Assembly (NCBI GenBank): GCA_030679955.1
Contig: JAUXSF010000033.1
Coordinates: 80,789-144,788 of the forward strand
Reading direction: 5' to 3'
DNA from: Chlamydiales bacterium
GTDB lineage: Bacteria; Chlamydiota; Chlamydiia; Chlamydiales; JAJFMA01
DNA: 64,000 nt
Made by a program: the position numbers and the translations under genes. A model generated the notes under the pieces. It did not search any database, was not told the origin of the DNA, and saw only the letters and a list, made by a program, of their open reading frames with translations. Positions 16,852 through 26,827 of this stretch are shown here, one piece after another. The stretch's first letter is position 1. Every line of letters starts with the position of its first letter.

Positions 16852-19800
16852 ATGAGAGCTTCTTCCTTTTCACATGTTCCGTTTAAGGCAACGCGCGTTC
16901 TGCACGTGGTCCTGATCGCCATGGCGCTGATTTTGCTGCGTGTCTGGCACTTGGCTGTCATCCAACATGAAGCTCGCGTCGAGGCGGCAGAAGCCCCTAC
17001 CAGGCGCGTGGTCATTGAGCCAGCCCGTCGAGCCTCTATTCGAGATCGCTTTGGGCTGCCTCTGGCAATTAACCGCGTTCAGTACAATGCGGCCATCGGC
17101 TACGCGCAAATAGGCGCTATACCGGCGGTGAAGTATGAGGCGGATGCTGACGGGAAGAAGGTAAGACGTTATAAGCGCCGCGAGCACATTCGTCAACTAT
17201 CTGAGCTGTTGGCGACGGAGTTGAACCTCAATGCCGATGAGCTAGAGGATCGTATTCACGCCGAAGCTGCTTTTTACGACCATGTTCCTTATGTCGTCAA
17301 AAAAGATATTTCCGAAAAGGAATATTATCGGTTGAAAATGCTCGAGATGTCTTGGCCGGGCTTGATTGCCCAGCGTGTTCCCAAAAGGCACTACCCACAA
17401 GGGAAGGTTGCTGGGGATGTTGTGGGATTTATGGGGGCAATCGATGCCCAAACCTATCAGAATATTCTTCAAGAGCGCAAAGTCCTACAGGCCTATGTAC
17501 GCTCACGCGATGCGGGGGAGGATCCTCCTCTTCCCAACCGAATGGAATCCCCCCAGGAGGTACGTGAGCGCCTCAGAGATATTGAAGAAATGGCCTATTC
17601 TATCAATGATCACATCGGAAAAGGTGGCGTAGAAGCCTATTTTGAAGAGTCTTTGCGCGGCTATCATGGAAAGAAGCGTTTTTACGTAGACTCCAAAGGT
17701 CACTATTTGCGCGAGCTTCCGGGGCAGAGACCCCCGATTCCTGGCAGGGGATTGACGTTAACGCTATCTTCAGAACTACAGCAATTTTCAGAGCAGTTGC
17801 TCGCACAAAATGACAAGCTGCGTCAAACGAGGGTTTTTAAGCCCCACCGCGAGGCAGAGGATGATCTCCCTGCTAAGGATCCCTGGATAAAAGGAGGCGC
17901 CATTGTAGCCCTTGATCCTAACAATGGCGAGGTGATTGCTTTGGCATCTTATCCAAGGTTTGATCCGAACGACTTTGTTCCCTCGGGCGATCCTGCAGTA
18001 GATAGTGGTAAAAGCGCTAATATTCGACGTTGGTTTGAAACCGAAAGTTATATTGCCGAGATGTGGGATGGAAAACGACCGCTTGCTCGCGAGACCTTTG
18101 ATGTGGAAAAAGGTTTTGTGGAAGAGGAACAAGATCTTAGTTGGGAACGTTATTTAGATCTAATATTGTATGATCAAGGTGATGCACGAAAGGGCTTACA
18201 GCGTGTTCGCAATGTAGAAAATGCTGTAGCAATTCAGAAGGCGGCGGAATCGCTGATAGCTTTAAGCGGTGGAGGGGATTTATGTTATTTACTAAACCTT
18301 CTTTACCAAGAAGAGGGGCATGTCACGCAAAAGTGTCCGTTGCCGGCAGCTGAACGCGAGCGTATCGAAGCCAACCTTAATATGAATGCCGATGATATTG
18401 AGAAGGCTAAAACGCAACTGGATCCTTTTCTAGGACGTATTAAGCATGCTTATGACAAAGTGCTGATTGTGGACTTTTGTCGGTTGGCGGTTAACGGCGA
18501 GCTTTTTAACGAAGAGTTATTAAACGTAGTTGGAAATCAGTCTTTGACGGCCTATAGAAGGCTTAACCAAGCTACAGTGAACTTGGAAGAAGTTACGTAC
18601 GCTATGGCTAAGGAGCTTTTTCACACTACGCTCTTTGTGGATTGGCGAGCGGAAAATGAGAAGTCTTTCCTAAAAGAGAAACGGCATCTAGAAAGGCTTG
18701 CAGGCAAGTATGCGCGGCCTTATACAGAATATTTAGATGCGAAAGAGAAAGAGCTCTTTCGAGACTTCTGGCAGGATCATTCATCAGATATCTTAATAGC
18801 TTTTCTACAAGGCAGACAAGCAGCGGGGCTGCCAGATATCTTCGCTACGCATTTTCGCTCTTGGCATCAGGAGTTAGCCTCCGGCGCCCATGCGGCCGTT
18901 CCATGGCGCTCTGACTATATTTATCTTCAAAAAGCGTTGAGAGGTATAGATCCATCTGTTGCACAGGCGTATTTAGCGTCCATGCGTTCATTTAAGCAGC
19001 TTACCCGTCCGTTATTTGGTCGCTATCGACAGCTTAGGACGGAGAAAGGGCAGCAGTTAGAACGTCATTTAGCCGCCGCGTTCTATCCTACCTATGGCTA
19101 TGGCTACGGGCGTTCCTTGGCATACCGTCAGGCAACTCCTCAGGGGTCGATATACAAGCTGGTGACTGCTTATGGCGCCTTAGTGCAGAGCTACCAGAGC
19201 GATCCCACCCAGCTGAATCCGCTGAAGATTATTGACCAGCCGATGAAGCTTAATGGGAATTGGATCGTCGGTTATACCATGGATGGTAAACCCATTCCAC
19301 AAGCATATAAGGGTGGAAATCTTCCCAGGACTTTAACCAAGAACATTGGCGAGATAGACATTGTTCGGGCTATTGAGGTTTCTTCCAACGCCTATTTCTC
19401 TCTTTTAGCCAGCGACTATTTGAGCAAACCTACAGACTTGGCAGATGCGGGAAGAGCTCTTTCTTATGGTGCCAAGACTGGTATCGCGCTACCAGGGGAA
19501 ATCAGCGGGCGTATTCCAACAGACTTGGAATATAATCGTGCAGGGCTATACAGCATGGCGATTGGGCAGCACTCTCTTGTTGTCACTCCTTTACAGACAG
19601 CAGTTATGTTTGCTACCATAGCTAATGGCGGTAAAGTTTTTGAGCCAAAAATTGTTCGTACCATGGGAGGAAGGGTTCCTTCGTCCAGCCTGGTCAATGA
19701 CTATAGCGAGAGCTTGTCGCTGGCCGGTATCGATTTCCCATTGTTTGTTAATACTCTTCCGGCGCGTCGTTTACCACCTCCGGAGCTGGTTCCTAGCGTT

Positions 19801-20232
19801 ATTAAACGACAGGTATTTATGCCTGCGCAGGTGCGAAGTATGCTGTTAGATGGCATGTTTCGTGTGGCTCACCGATATCAGAATCGAGCTGTTAAGGCTT
19901 TACAGCTCATGCCAGGTGATAATTCTCAAGCGATTCATGCTGTTAATAGTATGGGTGGTCAGATGGCTGGGAAGACAAGTACAGCGGAAATTGTGGAAAG
20001 TCTTGGTCCTGACCGGCAGATTGGCTCGCGAACCTATAACCATGTCTGGTTTGGATCAATTGTGTACGACAAAGATGGTGGCCAGGAAACTGTTTTTTAC
20101 GACTCCAAAGGCAAGCCAGAGCTTGTTGTTATCGTATTTCTGCGTTACGGTGCGGTCGGCAGCGATGCAGTGCCTTTGGCGGCACAAGTAGCAGCCAAAT
20201 GGCGCGAAGTCAAGCAGCGCGCCCTTCATTGA
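16852..20232 (+). CDS. pbp2: penicillin-binding protein 2 (class B transpeptidase), extended chlamydial-type
   Basis: TM anchor VLHVVLIAMALILLRVW. Transpeptidase motifs S-x-x-K (GSIYK), S-x-N (SSN) and K-T/S-G-like (GKTST). The length of about 1126 aa, with a large insertion between the N-terminal and transpeptidase domains, matches chlamydial PBP2. The start is set at ATG 16852 because the TTG 16747 extension runs over the intergenic repeat. Confidence 0.88.
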   Translation: MRASSFSHVPFKATRVLHVVLIAMALILLRVWHLAVIQHEARVEAAEAPTRRVVIEPARRASIRDRFGLPLAINRVQYNAAIGYAQIGAIPAVKYEADADGKKVRRYKRREHIRQLSELLATELNLNADELEDRIHAEAAFYDHVPYVVKKDISEKEYYRLKMLEMSWPGLIAQRVPKRHYPQGKVAGDVVGFMGAIDAQTYQNILQERKVLQAYVRSRDAGEDPPLPNRMESPQEVRERLRDIEEMAYSINDHIGKGGVEAYFEESLRGYHGKKRFYVDSKGHYLRELPGQRPPIPGRGLTLTLSSELQQFSEQLLAQNDKLRQTRVFKPHREAEDDLPAKDPWIKGGAIVALDPNNGEVIALASYPRFDPNDFVPSGDPAVDSGKSANIRRWFETESYIAEMWDGKRPLARETFDVEKGFVEEEQDLSWERYLDLILYDQGDARKGLQRVRNVENAVAIQKAAESLIALSGGGDLCYLLNLLYQEEGHVTQKCPLPAAERERIEANLNMNADDIEKAKTQLDPFLGRIKHAYDKVLIVDFCRLAVNGELFNEELLNVVGNQSLTAYRRLNQATVNLEEVTYAMAKELFHTTLFVDWRAENEKSFLKEKRHLERLAGKYARPYTEYLDAKEKELFRDFWQDHSSDILIAFLQGRQAAGLPDIFATHFRSWHQELASGAHAAVPWRSDYIYLQKALRGIDPSVAQAYLASMRSFKQLTRPLFGRYRQLRTEKGQQLERHLAAAFYPTYGYGYGRSLAYRQATPQGSIYKLVTAYGALVQSYQSDPTQLNPLKIIDQPMKLNGNWIVGYTMDGKPIPQAYKGGNLPRTLTKNIGEIDIVRAIEVSSNAYFSLLASDYLSKPTDLADAGRALSYGAKTGIALPGEISGRIPTDLEYNRAGLYSMAIGQHSLVVTPLQTAVMFATIANGGKVFEPKIVRTMGGRVPSSSLVNDYSESLSLAGIDFPLFVNTLPARRLPPPELVPSVIKRQVFMPAQVRSMLLDGMFRVAHRYQNRAVKALQLMPGDNSQAIHAVNSMGGQMAGKTSTAEIVESLGPDRQIGSRTYNHVWFGSIVYDKDGGQETVFYDSKGKPELVVIVFLRYGAVGSDAVPLAAQVAAKWREVKQRALH

Positions 20233-20239
20233 AAGACCC

Positions 20240-23176
20240 CTAGCAAGACATGACGTACGCGATGCGTTTGGTGAGGGATAGATTGTTGTAAAACTCGATG
20301 TCCTGCACCTTTTCGCCAGCAATAGTGACAGCGATGCGGCTAAATTGATGACAAAGGCTTTCCGCCTCTGCGCTTGTTGGAGGAGCGGAGTGCACCGCCA
20401 GGATCACATCGTATTTCTGCGATAAGCTATCAAGTAAATCACGGAAACGTTGGCTGTGCAACAGTTCATGCCCATGGACAGAGGTGCCGCCAGCTTCAAT
20501 GGAATCATATCCATCCAGAGTTGAAATTGTAGGCTTGGCGGCACTGCCTTCTAATACTTGAAGGAGTCCTGCCATTTGGGTCGAGGACTCTTGATCAAAC
20601 GATAGTCTTAGACGTAGTACCTTAAGGCCCTTTTTGGCAAGCAGAATGGCTAAGGATCTACTGTAGTCAACTCCACATCCAGTTAATAGCAGGACTTTTT
20701 TGTCTTGTGGGGCATTTACATCGCGGAACAAGTGTGCTGCCAAACGTCTAAGGGTGGTTAGTTGCTTCGGGTTTTCAAAGGGTCTATATTTGGCTTCTGA
20801 TTTACGCGGTGGCACATAGCCTGCGATATATTGCTTGGCTAGTCTTAGATTCGTTTCGGAAACCTCGATACCCCTCCTCAGTCCCATAGCCAGTGTGTAA
20901 ACGGCACCAAAACCGGCCCCGAGAATAAGTCCTAGCATTGCAAACATATGTAGCATAGGCCGCTTTGGAAGGACTGCTGGTATAGCTAAATCTAGTGGTG
21001 ACGATTGTATCGTTTCCAGGTGGTGCGAAATATTTTTGGTCTCAACTAGCTTGGTAACTTCTTCTACTATGGAGCCGTTGATTTTTGCCTGATGCTTAAT
21101 CATTTGTTCTGCGCCCCATTTTAAGGGCAGAGACGACATCTGCTGGTGGATATCTTTTAGGCACTGGTTTAAAAACCCGCGCTGTTCTTTAAGTTGGTCG
21201 ATATGAGAGCTTGTGTAGTCTTGAAGGTGTTTTTCTAACACACTGACTTGTTGGTGCGTCAGATCCAGCATCGCTCCCTGGATAGAATCAATTTTCTGCC
21301 CCAAAAAGTCTTCTCGTAGTCGTAATAACTGATTGGCTTGCTGGAGGTGGTATAACAGGAAGGCACGGCAATTATTCAGTTCTTCCTTAATACGATCCTG
21401 CTCTTTTGGGCTTCTTATGGTGATATCCTTAAGACTCATCGATAACACGCTGTAGCGTTCGATTAGTCCGTGGCTCACCGGATCTTTTAGGAGGCCGCTT
21501 AGGCTGCTAATTTCGAATGTTGGATCCGCAACTTGATCAATAATAAAGCCGTTTTGGCGGATTTCCCCTTGAGTGTCATTCAAGCGATAGTTGAGGTCCA
21601 GATAGATCGTGTTTGCAGTAGGCAGATCCATGCCTTGAAGCTGATCATCAACATGCTGTTGTTGTAAAGCTAGGCGCTCTTCCATTAAACGTTGATGCAC
21701 TTTCGACAAGCGTAGGTAATGATTTAGGTACCCTTTGAAGTGCGCCTTATGCTCATCCCAGGACTCATGGTTTGGACTTGAGTCAGACTGAAGTAGCTTG
21801 TTGTACCATAGCTTTAGCATGGGGCTGGAGTTATGAGAGAGCTCTTCTAAAAGAGTGGCCACGTCATCAGACTCTGCAAATTGATATAGATGGTTCATTC
21901 GGTCAATATCGTTATTTACCGCAAGGAGATTGGTGACTTGGCTCTCAAACTGTTCTTCAAATTGATTGGGCGCTGGTGAAGAGGTTTTTGACAGCGCCAG
22001 CACTAAACGGTCGCGACGTTGCTTGAGCTCATTTATTGTGGAGATGGTCTGACGAACCAGCTCGGGCAAGTCTTTAGAAGCTCCTAGGGTGTTTAGATAG
22101 CTTTCGGCATCGCGGTTTTTTTCCAGCCGACTAAGCTCTAAATCGATAGTGATGAGAGACTGTCGCAGTTTGGCTTTTTGCCCTTCTAAGACCGCAAGTT
22201 CCTTTTCTGAATCAATAATGCCTGAATTGGGAAGATCTTTAGAGAGCTGGCAGGCGTAGTCTACGATTAGTTTTTCCAGATTTTGATTGGACTCAAATCG
22301 TCTACGTTCTAGGTAGTCTAATTGCGCTCCCGCTACTTGCTTGTGATCTTCACGAAGGTAGCGTTGATAACCTTCCATCAAATCATTTAGCAACTCACTG
22401 GCTAGGAGGCGGTTGGAATGCGCTAAGGTCAACTTTAAGACCTTGGGGCTCTTTTCATCAGGTTTGATTGTTAGTCGATTTGTGAAGGTCTTTGCCGTGA
22501 ATTCTAAAGTGTCTAAATGAACGGCAAAGGACTTTCCAGATACGGATTTGTCATCCAATCGTTCAACTTGAAAGGAGTAATTATCCGTTTGGATAGGGCT
22601 TCCTAAATGGGCATGAGCGATCTCAGTCCCGAACTGGTCCTTAACTATGAAGGAGCTTTCGTCCGTAAATTCCAGCGTTAATTTTAGTGGGATCTCAGAC
22701 TGATAATCTATCTGTGTGAGTTTCAGCGTTGGTTTGGCATCAGTAAAGAGAGGCTCGCGTTGATGGGAAAAATAGGCCCGCTCGATCAAAAGATTGTCGC
22801 GAATGCAGGAGATTAAAGGTTGCGAATCTCTATTAATTTCATAGACTTGTCCCTGAAGGTTGTGTCGCTGGATCAGGGGCGCCCAGAGGCGGCGTGACTT
22901 CATGAGTGGAATGGTGTTTTCTTGCTGACCGTTAAGATTTCCAGTAAGCATGCCTAAAAAGCCGGACATTCCCCCAGAGCTATTGCCTTGCAGGCCTTTT
23001 TCTTGAAAGGAAGAGTCTGAAATATAAACGATCGGTTGAGTCAGTGCCCAAAAGGATAGTACGGATGCTCCTACCAATCCAGACAGGCCAATCAACCATT
23101 TTTTCCGACCTAGAAGACTGAATATATCTGACAGACTGACGGGTCGAGTTGAGGGAGAGTTGTCGTCTGCAACCAT
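20240..23176 (-). CDS. polysaccharide co-polymerase (PCP-2a/Wzc-like) with a degenerate C-terminal BY-kinase-like domain
   Basis: 978 aa. Wzz-type N-terminus (LSDIFSLLGRKKWLIGLSGLVGASVLSFWAL), a very long coiled-coil periplasmic region, and a second TM (MFAMLGLILGAGFGAVYTLAMGL). The C-terminal P-loop-fold region has Walker A as TGCGVDYS, A' as RLSFD and B as VHSAPP. There is no terminal Tyr cluster. Confidence 0.75.
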   Translation of the reverse strand: MVADDNSPSTRPVSLSDIFSLLGRKKWLIGLSGLVGASVLSFWALTQPIVYISDSSFQEKGLQGNSSGGMSGFLGMLTGNLNGQQENTIPLMKSRRLWAPLIQRHNLQGQVYEINRDSQPLISCIRDNLLIERAYFSHQREPLFTDAKPTLKLTQIDYQSEIPLKLTLEFTDESSFIVKDQFGTEIAHAHLGSPIQTDNYSFQVERLDDKSVSGKSFAVHLDTLEFTAKTFTNRLTIKPDEKSPKVLKLTLAHSNRLLASELLNDLMEGYQRYLREDHKQVAGAQLDYLERRRFESNQNLEKLIVDYACQLSKDLPNSGIIDSEKELAVLEGQKAKLRQSLITIDLELSRLEKNRDAESYLNTLGASKDLPELVRQTISTINELKQRRDRLVLALSKTSSPAPNQFEEQFESQVTNLLAVNNDIDRMNHLYQFAESDDVATLLEELSHNSSPMLKLWYNKLLQSDSSPNHESWDEHKAHFKGYLNHYLRLSKVHQRLMEERLALQQQHVDDQLQGMDLPTANTIYLDLNYRLNDTQGEIRQNGFIIDQVADPTFEISSLSGLLKDPVSHGLIERYSVLSMSLKDITIRSPKEQDRIKEELNNCRAFLLYHLQQANQLLRLREDFLGQKIDSIQGAMLDLTHQQVSVLEKHLQDYTSSHIDQLKEQRGFLNQCLKDIHQQMSSLPLKWGAEQMIKHQAKINGSIVEEVTKLVETKNISHHLETIQSSPLDLAIPAVLPKRPMLHMFAMLGLILGAGFGAVYTLAMGLRRGIEVSETNLRLAKQYIAGYVPPRKSEAKYRPFENPKQLTTLRRLAAHLFRDVNAPQDKKVLLLTGCGVDYSRSLAILLAKKGLKVLRLRLSFDQESSTQMAGLLQVLEGSAAKPTISTLDGYDSIEAGGTSVHGHELLHSQRFRDLLDSLSQKYDVILAVHSAPPTSAEAESLCHQFSRIAVTIAGEKVQDIEFYNNLSLTKRIAYVMSC

Positions 23177-23186
23177 GATATGTGTC

Positions 23187-24239
23187 CTAGTTCATGAAAA
23201 TTTTATAACATCCCATCCCGGTTTGGAAGCAGTTCATCGACGGCAATAGCTGGCTGATCCAGCGGTTCCAGCGCGTAATAGGAGTTTCTACAACATACAC
23301 CGTATCGCCCGGCATAAGCAAGAGACTTTCATTAGGAAGTTGTGTGATATGACACCAATTTAATTCGTAAACCTTGGGGCAAATAGTGCCTCCACGGATT
23401 ACCTGGATGCGATGTCGGTCTCCTGTATAAGGAATGCCACCCGCAGCCACTAATGCTTCACGCAAGCTGGTGAAACCATAATAGAGGTTTACGGCTTTTG
23501 GACATCCAACCTCTCCCATTACCGTGACAACCGCATCGCGCGCATCTGCTATGAAAATTTTATCGCCAGGACGCATAACAATGTTATTGCACATATCGCC
23601 TTCGTTTAGGAGACGGTGCAGGTCGATCGCTAAGGGGCATCCGCAGCGTGTCACGTAGCTCATAAAGAGGTTGGCATGGGTAGGAACGCGTGCTTGTGAG
23701 AGCACATCAAAGAGGCGTATTTTGCCGTTCACAGGGATACTAGGCATGGAAACTAGGCCAGCCAGCTCAACTTTGTGAGAGGGTCTTTCTTTGTAATTGA
23801 TGAAGACTTCAATGCCTTTCACATGCTGCTGGTACTTACAGGAAAGGGCATCATGAGCTTCTTGCAACGTTAAACCTGCTACGATTACAGGTTCCATATC
23901 CGGAAGATCAATGCGTCCTTGATATACTCTAAAGCCTACATATTTGTTGATGGTCTCGATTGCTTCCATCAAATCTTTGCGTGAAGGGTGGTAGACCGCT
24001 ACGCTTAGGACATCGTCCTCGCAGATGACATCTTCAAACTCGTCCATAGCACAGTCTGGAACTTCCATCAGCTCATGGCCAGTCATTTCGACGATCGAGA
24101 GTTTGCCTTGGCGAATCTTATAGCTGTCCGTTACGAATTCATCGACATGATGAAGACAGTAACAGCACTCCATGTTTGATCCGCAAGAGCCAAAGAGGAG
24201 GGGCAGGGCACCTAATAAAATAAGACTATAGTAACGCAA
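23187..24239 (-). CDS. outer-membrane polysaccharide export lipoprotein (Wza-like; Poly_export plus SLBB domains)
   Basis: 350 aa. Lipobox LLFGSCGS. Contains GRIDLPDMEPVIVAGLTLQEAHDAL (Poly_export pattern). Repeated PGDKIFI and PGDTVYV motifs are typical of SLBB domains. Confidence 0.75.
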   Translation of the reverse strand: MRYYSLILLGALPLLFGSCGSNMECCYCLHHVDEFVTDSYKIRQGKLSIVEMTGHELMEVPDCAMDEFEDVICEDDVLSVAVYHPSRKDLMEAIETINKYVGFRVYQGRIDLPDMEPVIVAGLTLQEAHDALSCKYQQHVKGIEVFINYKERPSHKVELAGLVSMPSIPVNGKIRLFDVLSQARVPTHANLFMSYVTRCGCPLAIDLHRLLNEGDMCNNIVMRPGDKIFIADARDAVVTVMGEVGCPKAVNLYYGFTSLREALVAAGGIPYTGDRHRIQVIRGGTICPKVYELNWCHITQLPNESLLLMPGDTVYVVETPITRWNRWISQLLPSMNCFQTGMGCYKIFMN

Positions 24240-24321
24240 GAGATTCTCCTATCCGGGAAGGCGTTAATTTTTACCCGAATAGCCTTTAATCTGAAAGGGG
24301 AAAAACGTCTTTAGCCTCCAA

Positions 24322-24397
24322 ATGGACCTTATGGACTCGATGGACCTATTATTTTGTCCATAAGGTCTATAAGGTCCATCGAGTCCATAAGCTCCAT
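24322..24397. repeat. GTCCATAAG-family 25-bp inverted repeat (hairpin) upstream of the suf operon
   Basis: atggaccttatggactcgatggacc (24322-24346) is the reverse complement of ggtccatcgagtccataagctccat (24373-24397) with 1 mismatch. The loop itself contains gtccataaggtctataa. Confidence 0.85.
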
Positions 24398-24596
24398 AAA
24401 TAGGATGATGTATTTCTAATTGCCTTCAAAACTTTCCATTTAATATATAAAATGCTACTATTAAGATGGATGCATATTGGTTTGTGCTTTGGAGTATAGC
24501 TCCATTCTGGTCCAAATTTTGTTGATGCTTCTATTGATGCAAACATGTTAGCCTAAGGGCCAATTTAACGGCTTCAGAGGTAAAAAGGGTAATTTA

Positions 24597-26057
24597 ATGG
24601 AGACAGAGCGTTTGGACTCCAATACCGAAGAGATTCTACGAGAGCAATCGGACTATAAGTACGGCTTTGTAACCGAAGTCGAGATGGACCGTATTCCCAA
24701 GGGGCTGAGCGAGGATGTCATTCGTTTGATATCCGAGAAGAAGAAAGAGCCCGATTGGATGCTTGAATTCCGCCTTAAGGCTTACCACCGTTGGCTAGAG
24801 CACCAGGAGCCCCATTGGGCTAATGTATCTCATGCCAAAATCGACTATCAAAATCTTAGCTACTATTCCGCGCCGAAGAAAAAGGCGACCCTCAATAGCT
24901 TAGACGAAGTTGATCCTGAAATTCTGAAGACTTTTGAGCGCTTGGGCATTCCTCTGGACGAGCAGAAGAAGCTGGCCAATGTCGCAGTGGATGTTGTTTT
25001 TGACTCGGTTTCGATCCATACAACATTTCAGAAGAAGCTAGAAGAAGCCGGCGTTGTGTTGTGCTCTATTTCCGAAGCTATCCACCGTTACCCAGATCTG
25101 GTGCGTAAATACATGGGTAGCGTTGTACCGATTGGTGATAACTTTTACGCAACACTGAATTCTGCTGTCTTTTCCGACGGATCCTTTGTTTATGTTCCGA
25201 AAGGCGTCAAGTGCCCGATGGAGCTATCGACTTACTTCCGCATTAACGACAAAGAGTCCGGTCAGTTTGAGCGTACGTTGATTATTGCCGAGGAAAGCTC
25301 ATTTGTTAGCTACTTAGAGGGGTGTACTGCTCCTGCCTTTGATAATAATCAGTTGCATGCTGCTGTTGTAGAGCTTATTGCGCTCGACAATGCCGAGATT
25401 AAGTACGCTACTGTCCAGAACTGGTACTCGGGCGATCCTAAGACCGGCAAGGGTGGCATTTATAACTTTGTGACCAAGCGCGGCCGCTGTGCAGGTGTGA
25501 ACTCCAAAATTTCCTGGACACAGGTCGAAGTGGGCGCTGCTATTACCTGGAAGTACCCAAGCTGTATCCTGCAGGGCGATAACTCGGTGGGCGAATTTTA
25601 TTCTGTCGCCTTGACGACCGGAGCTATGCAGGCCGACACCGGCACCAAGATGATTCATTTGGGCAAAAACACTCGTTCGACAATTATCTCGAAAGGTATT
25701 GCTGCTGACCGCTCGCATAATAGCTACAGAGGTCTAGTGCAGGTTGTAGGACGTGCAGAAGGCGCTCGAAATTACACGCAGTGCGACTCGATGCTTGTTG
25801 GTGCTGAGTGCTCCGCGAATACCTTCCCTTACATTGAGGTAGCCAACTCTACTAGCCAAGTAGAGCATGAGGCATCTACCTCTAAGATGAACGAAGAACA
25901 GCTTTTCTATTTCCAATCTCGCGGTCTTTCACAAGAAGATGCGATTAATATGATCGTTAACGGCTTCTGTAAAGAAGTCATTCGTGAACTGCCGTTGGAA
26001 TTTGCCGTAGAGGCACAAAAACTCCTTACCTTAAAGTTAGAACACTCGGTCGGATAA
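24597..26057 (+). CDS. sufB: Fe-S cluster assembly scaffold SufB
   Basis: 486 aa. Typical SufB C-terminal beta-helix region ([15 protein letters not shown]..., [22 protein letters not shown]). Followed by sufC, sufD and sufS. Confidence 0.95.
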   Translation: METERLDSNTEEILREQSDYKYGFVTEVEMDRIPKGLSEDVIRLISEKKKEPDWMLEFRLKAYHRWLEHQEPHWANVSHAKIDYQNLSYYSAPKKKATLNSLDEVDPEILKTFERLGIPLDEQKKLANVAVDVVFDSVSIHTTFQKKLEEAGVVLCSISEAIHRYPDLVRKYMGSVVPIGDNFYATLNSAVFSDGSFVYVPKGVKCPMELSTYFRINDKESGQFERTLIIAEESSFVSYLEGCTAPAFDNNQLHAAVVELIALDNAEIKYATVQNWYSGDPKTGKGGIYNFVTKRGRCAGVNSKISWTQVEVGAAITWKYPSCILQGDNSVGEFYSVALTTGAMQADTGTKMIHLGKNTRSTIISKGIAADRSHNSYRGLVQVVGRAEGARNYTQCDSMLVGAECSANTFPYIEVANSTSQVEHEASTSKMNEEQLFYFQSRGLSQEDAINMIVNGFCKEVIRELPLEFAVEAQKLLTLKLEHSVG

Positions 26058-26062
26058 TCAGT

Positions 26063-26827
26063 ATGCTAGAAATCAATAATTTGACGGCCTCGGTCGATGA
26101 TAACCTCATTCTGCGTGGACTTTCATTAACGGTTAAGAAAGGCGAAATACACGCTATCATGGGTCCTAATGGCGCTGGCAAGTCTACTTTGGCAAAAGTG
26201 ATTGCTGGACACCCCGCCTATGAGGTTATTGAAGGTGAAGTCTTGCTGGATGGCAAGAACTTGCTAGAGATGGATCCCCCAGAGCGCGCTCATGCCGGGC
26301 TTTTTATGAGCTTCCAATATCCAGTCGAAATTCCAGGCGTCAGCAACAGCCAATTTTTACGCAGCGCTTACAATGCCAAGAGAAAGGCGTTGAGCCAACC
26401 AGAGCTAGACGAAGCGGATTTCGAAGCTTTCCTCGACGAAAAGATGGCGATGATGGAAATTAAGCCTGAATTCAAAGCACGTAACGTCAACGAAGGCTTT
26501 TCTGGCGGTGAAAAGAAACGCAATGAGATTCTGCAGCTCGCTGTCTTGATGCCTGAGTTTGCCATCTTAGACGAAACTGACTCTGGTCTAGACATCGACG
26601 CTATACGCGTTGTATCAGCGGGTGTTAATAAGATCATGAACCCAAATATGGGTCTTTTGATGATCACTCACTATCAGCGCTTACTTAACTTCATCAAGCC
26701 AGATTATGTACACGTGATGATGGATGGTCGCATTGTTCAGTCGGGTGGTCCTGAGTTCGCTTTAGAGCTCGAAAGCAAAGGTTACGATTGGCTACAGCCT
26801 ACCGACCGGGAGGTTGCAGGATGCTAG
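26063..26827 (+). CDS. sufC: Fe-S cluster assembly ATPase SufC
   Basis: 254 aa. Walker A GPNGAGKST, ABC signature FSGGEKKRNEI, Walker B FAILDETDSGLD. Confidence 0.95.
   Translation: MLEINNLTASVDDNLILRGLSLTVKKGEIHAIMGPNGAGKSTLAKVIAGHPAYEVIEGEVLLDGKNLLEMDPPERAHAGLFMSFQYPVEIPGVSNSQFLRSAYNAKRKALSQPELDEADFEAFLDEKMAMMEIKPEFKARNVNEGFSGGEKKRNEILQLAVLMPEFAILDETDSGLDIDAIRVVSAGVNKIMNPNMGLLMITHYQRLLNFIKPDYVHVMMDGRIVQSGGPEFALELESKGYDWLQPTDREVAGC

Noticed and set aside
24322-24397. Possible CRISPR array (also considered at 1831-1923 and 45922-45999)
   Set aside because: The repeat unit is only 6-9 nt with no spacers of about 30 nt. Copies are inverted as well as direct, and there are no cas genes in the window.
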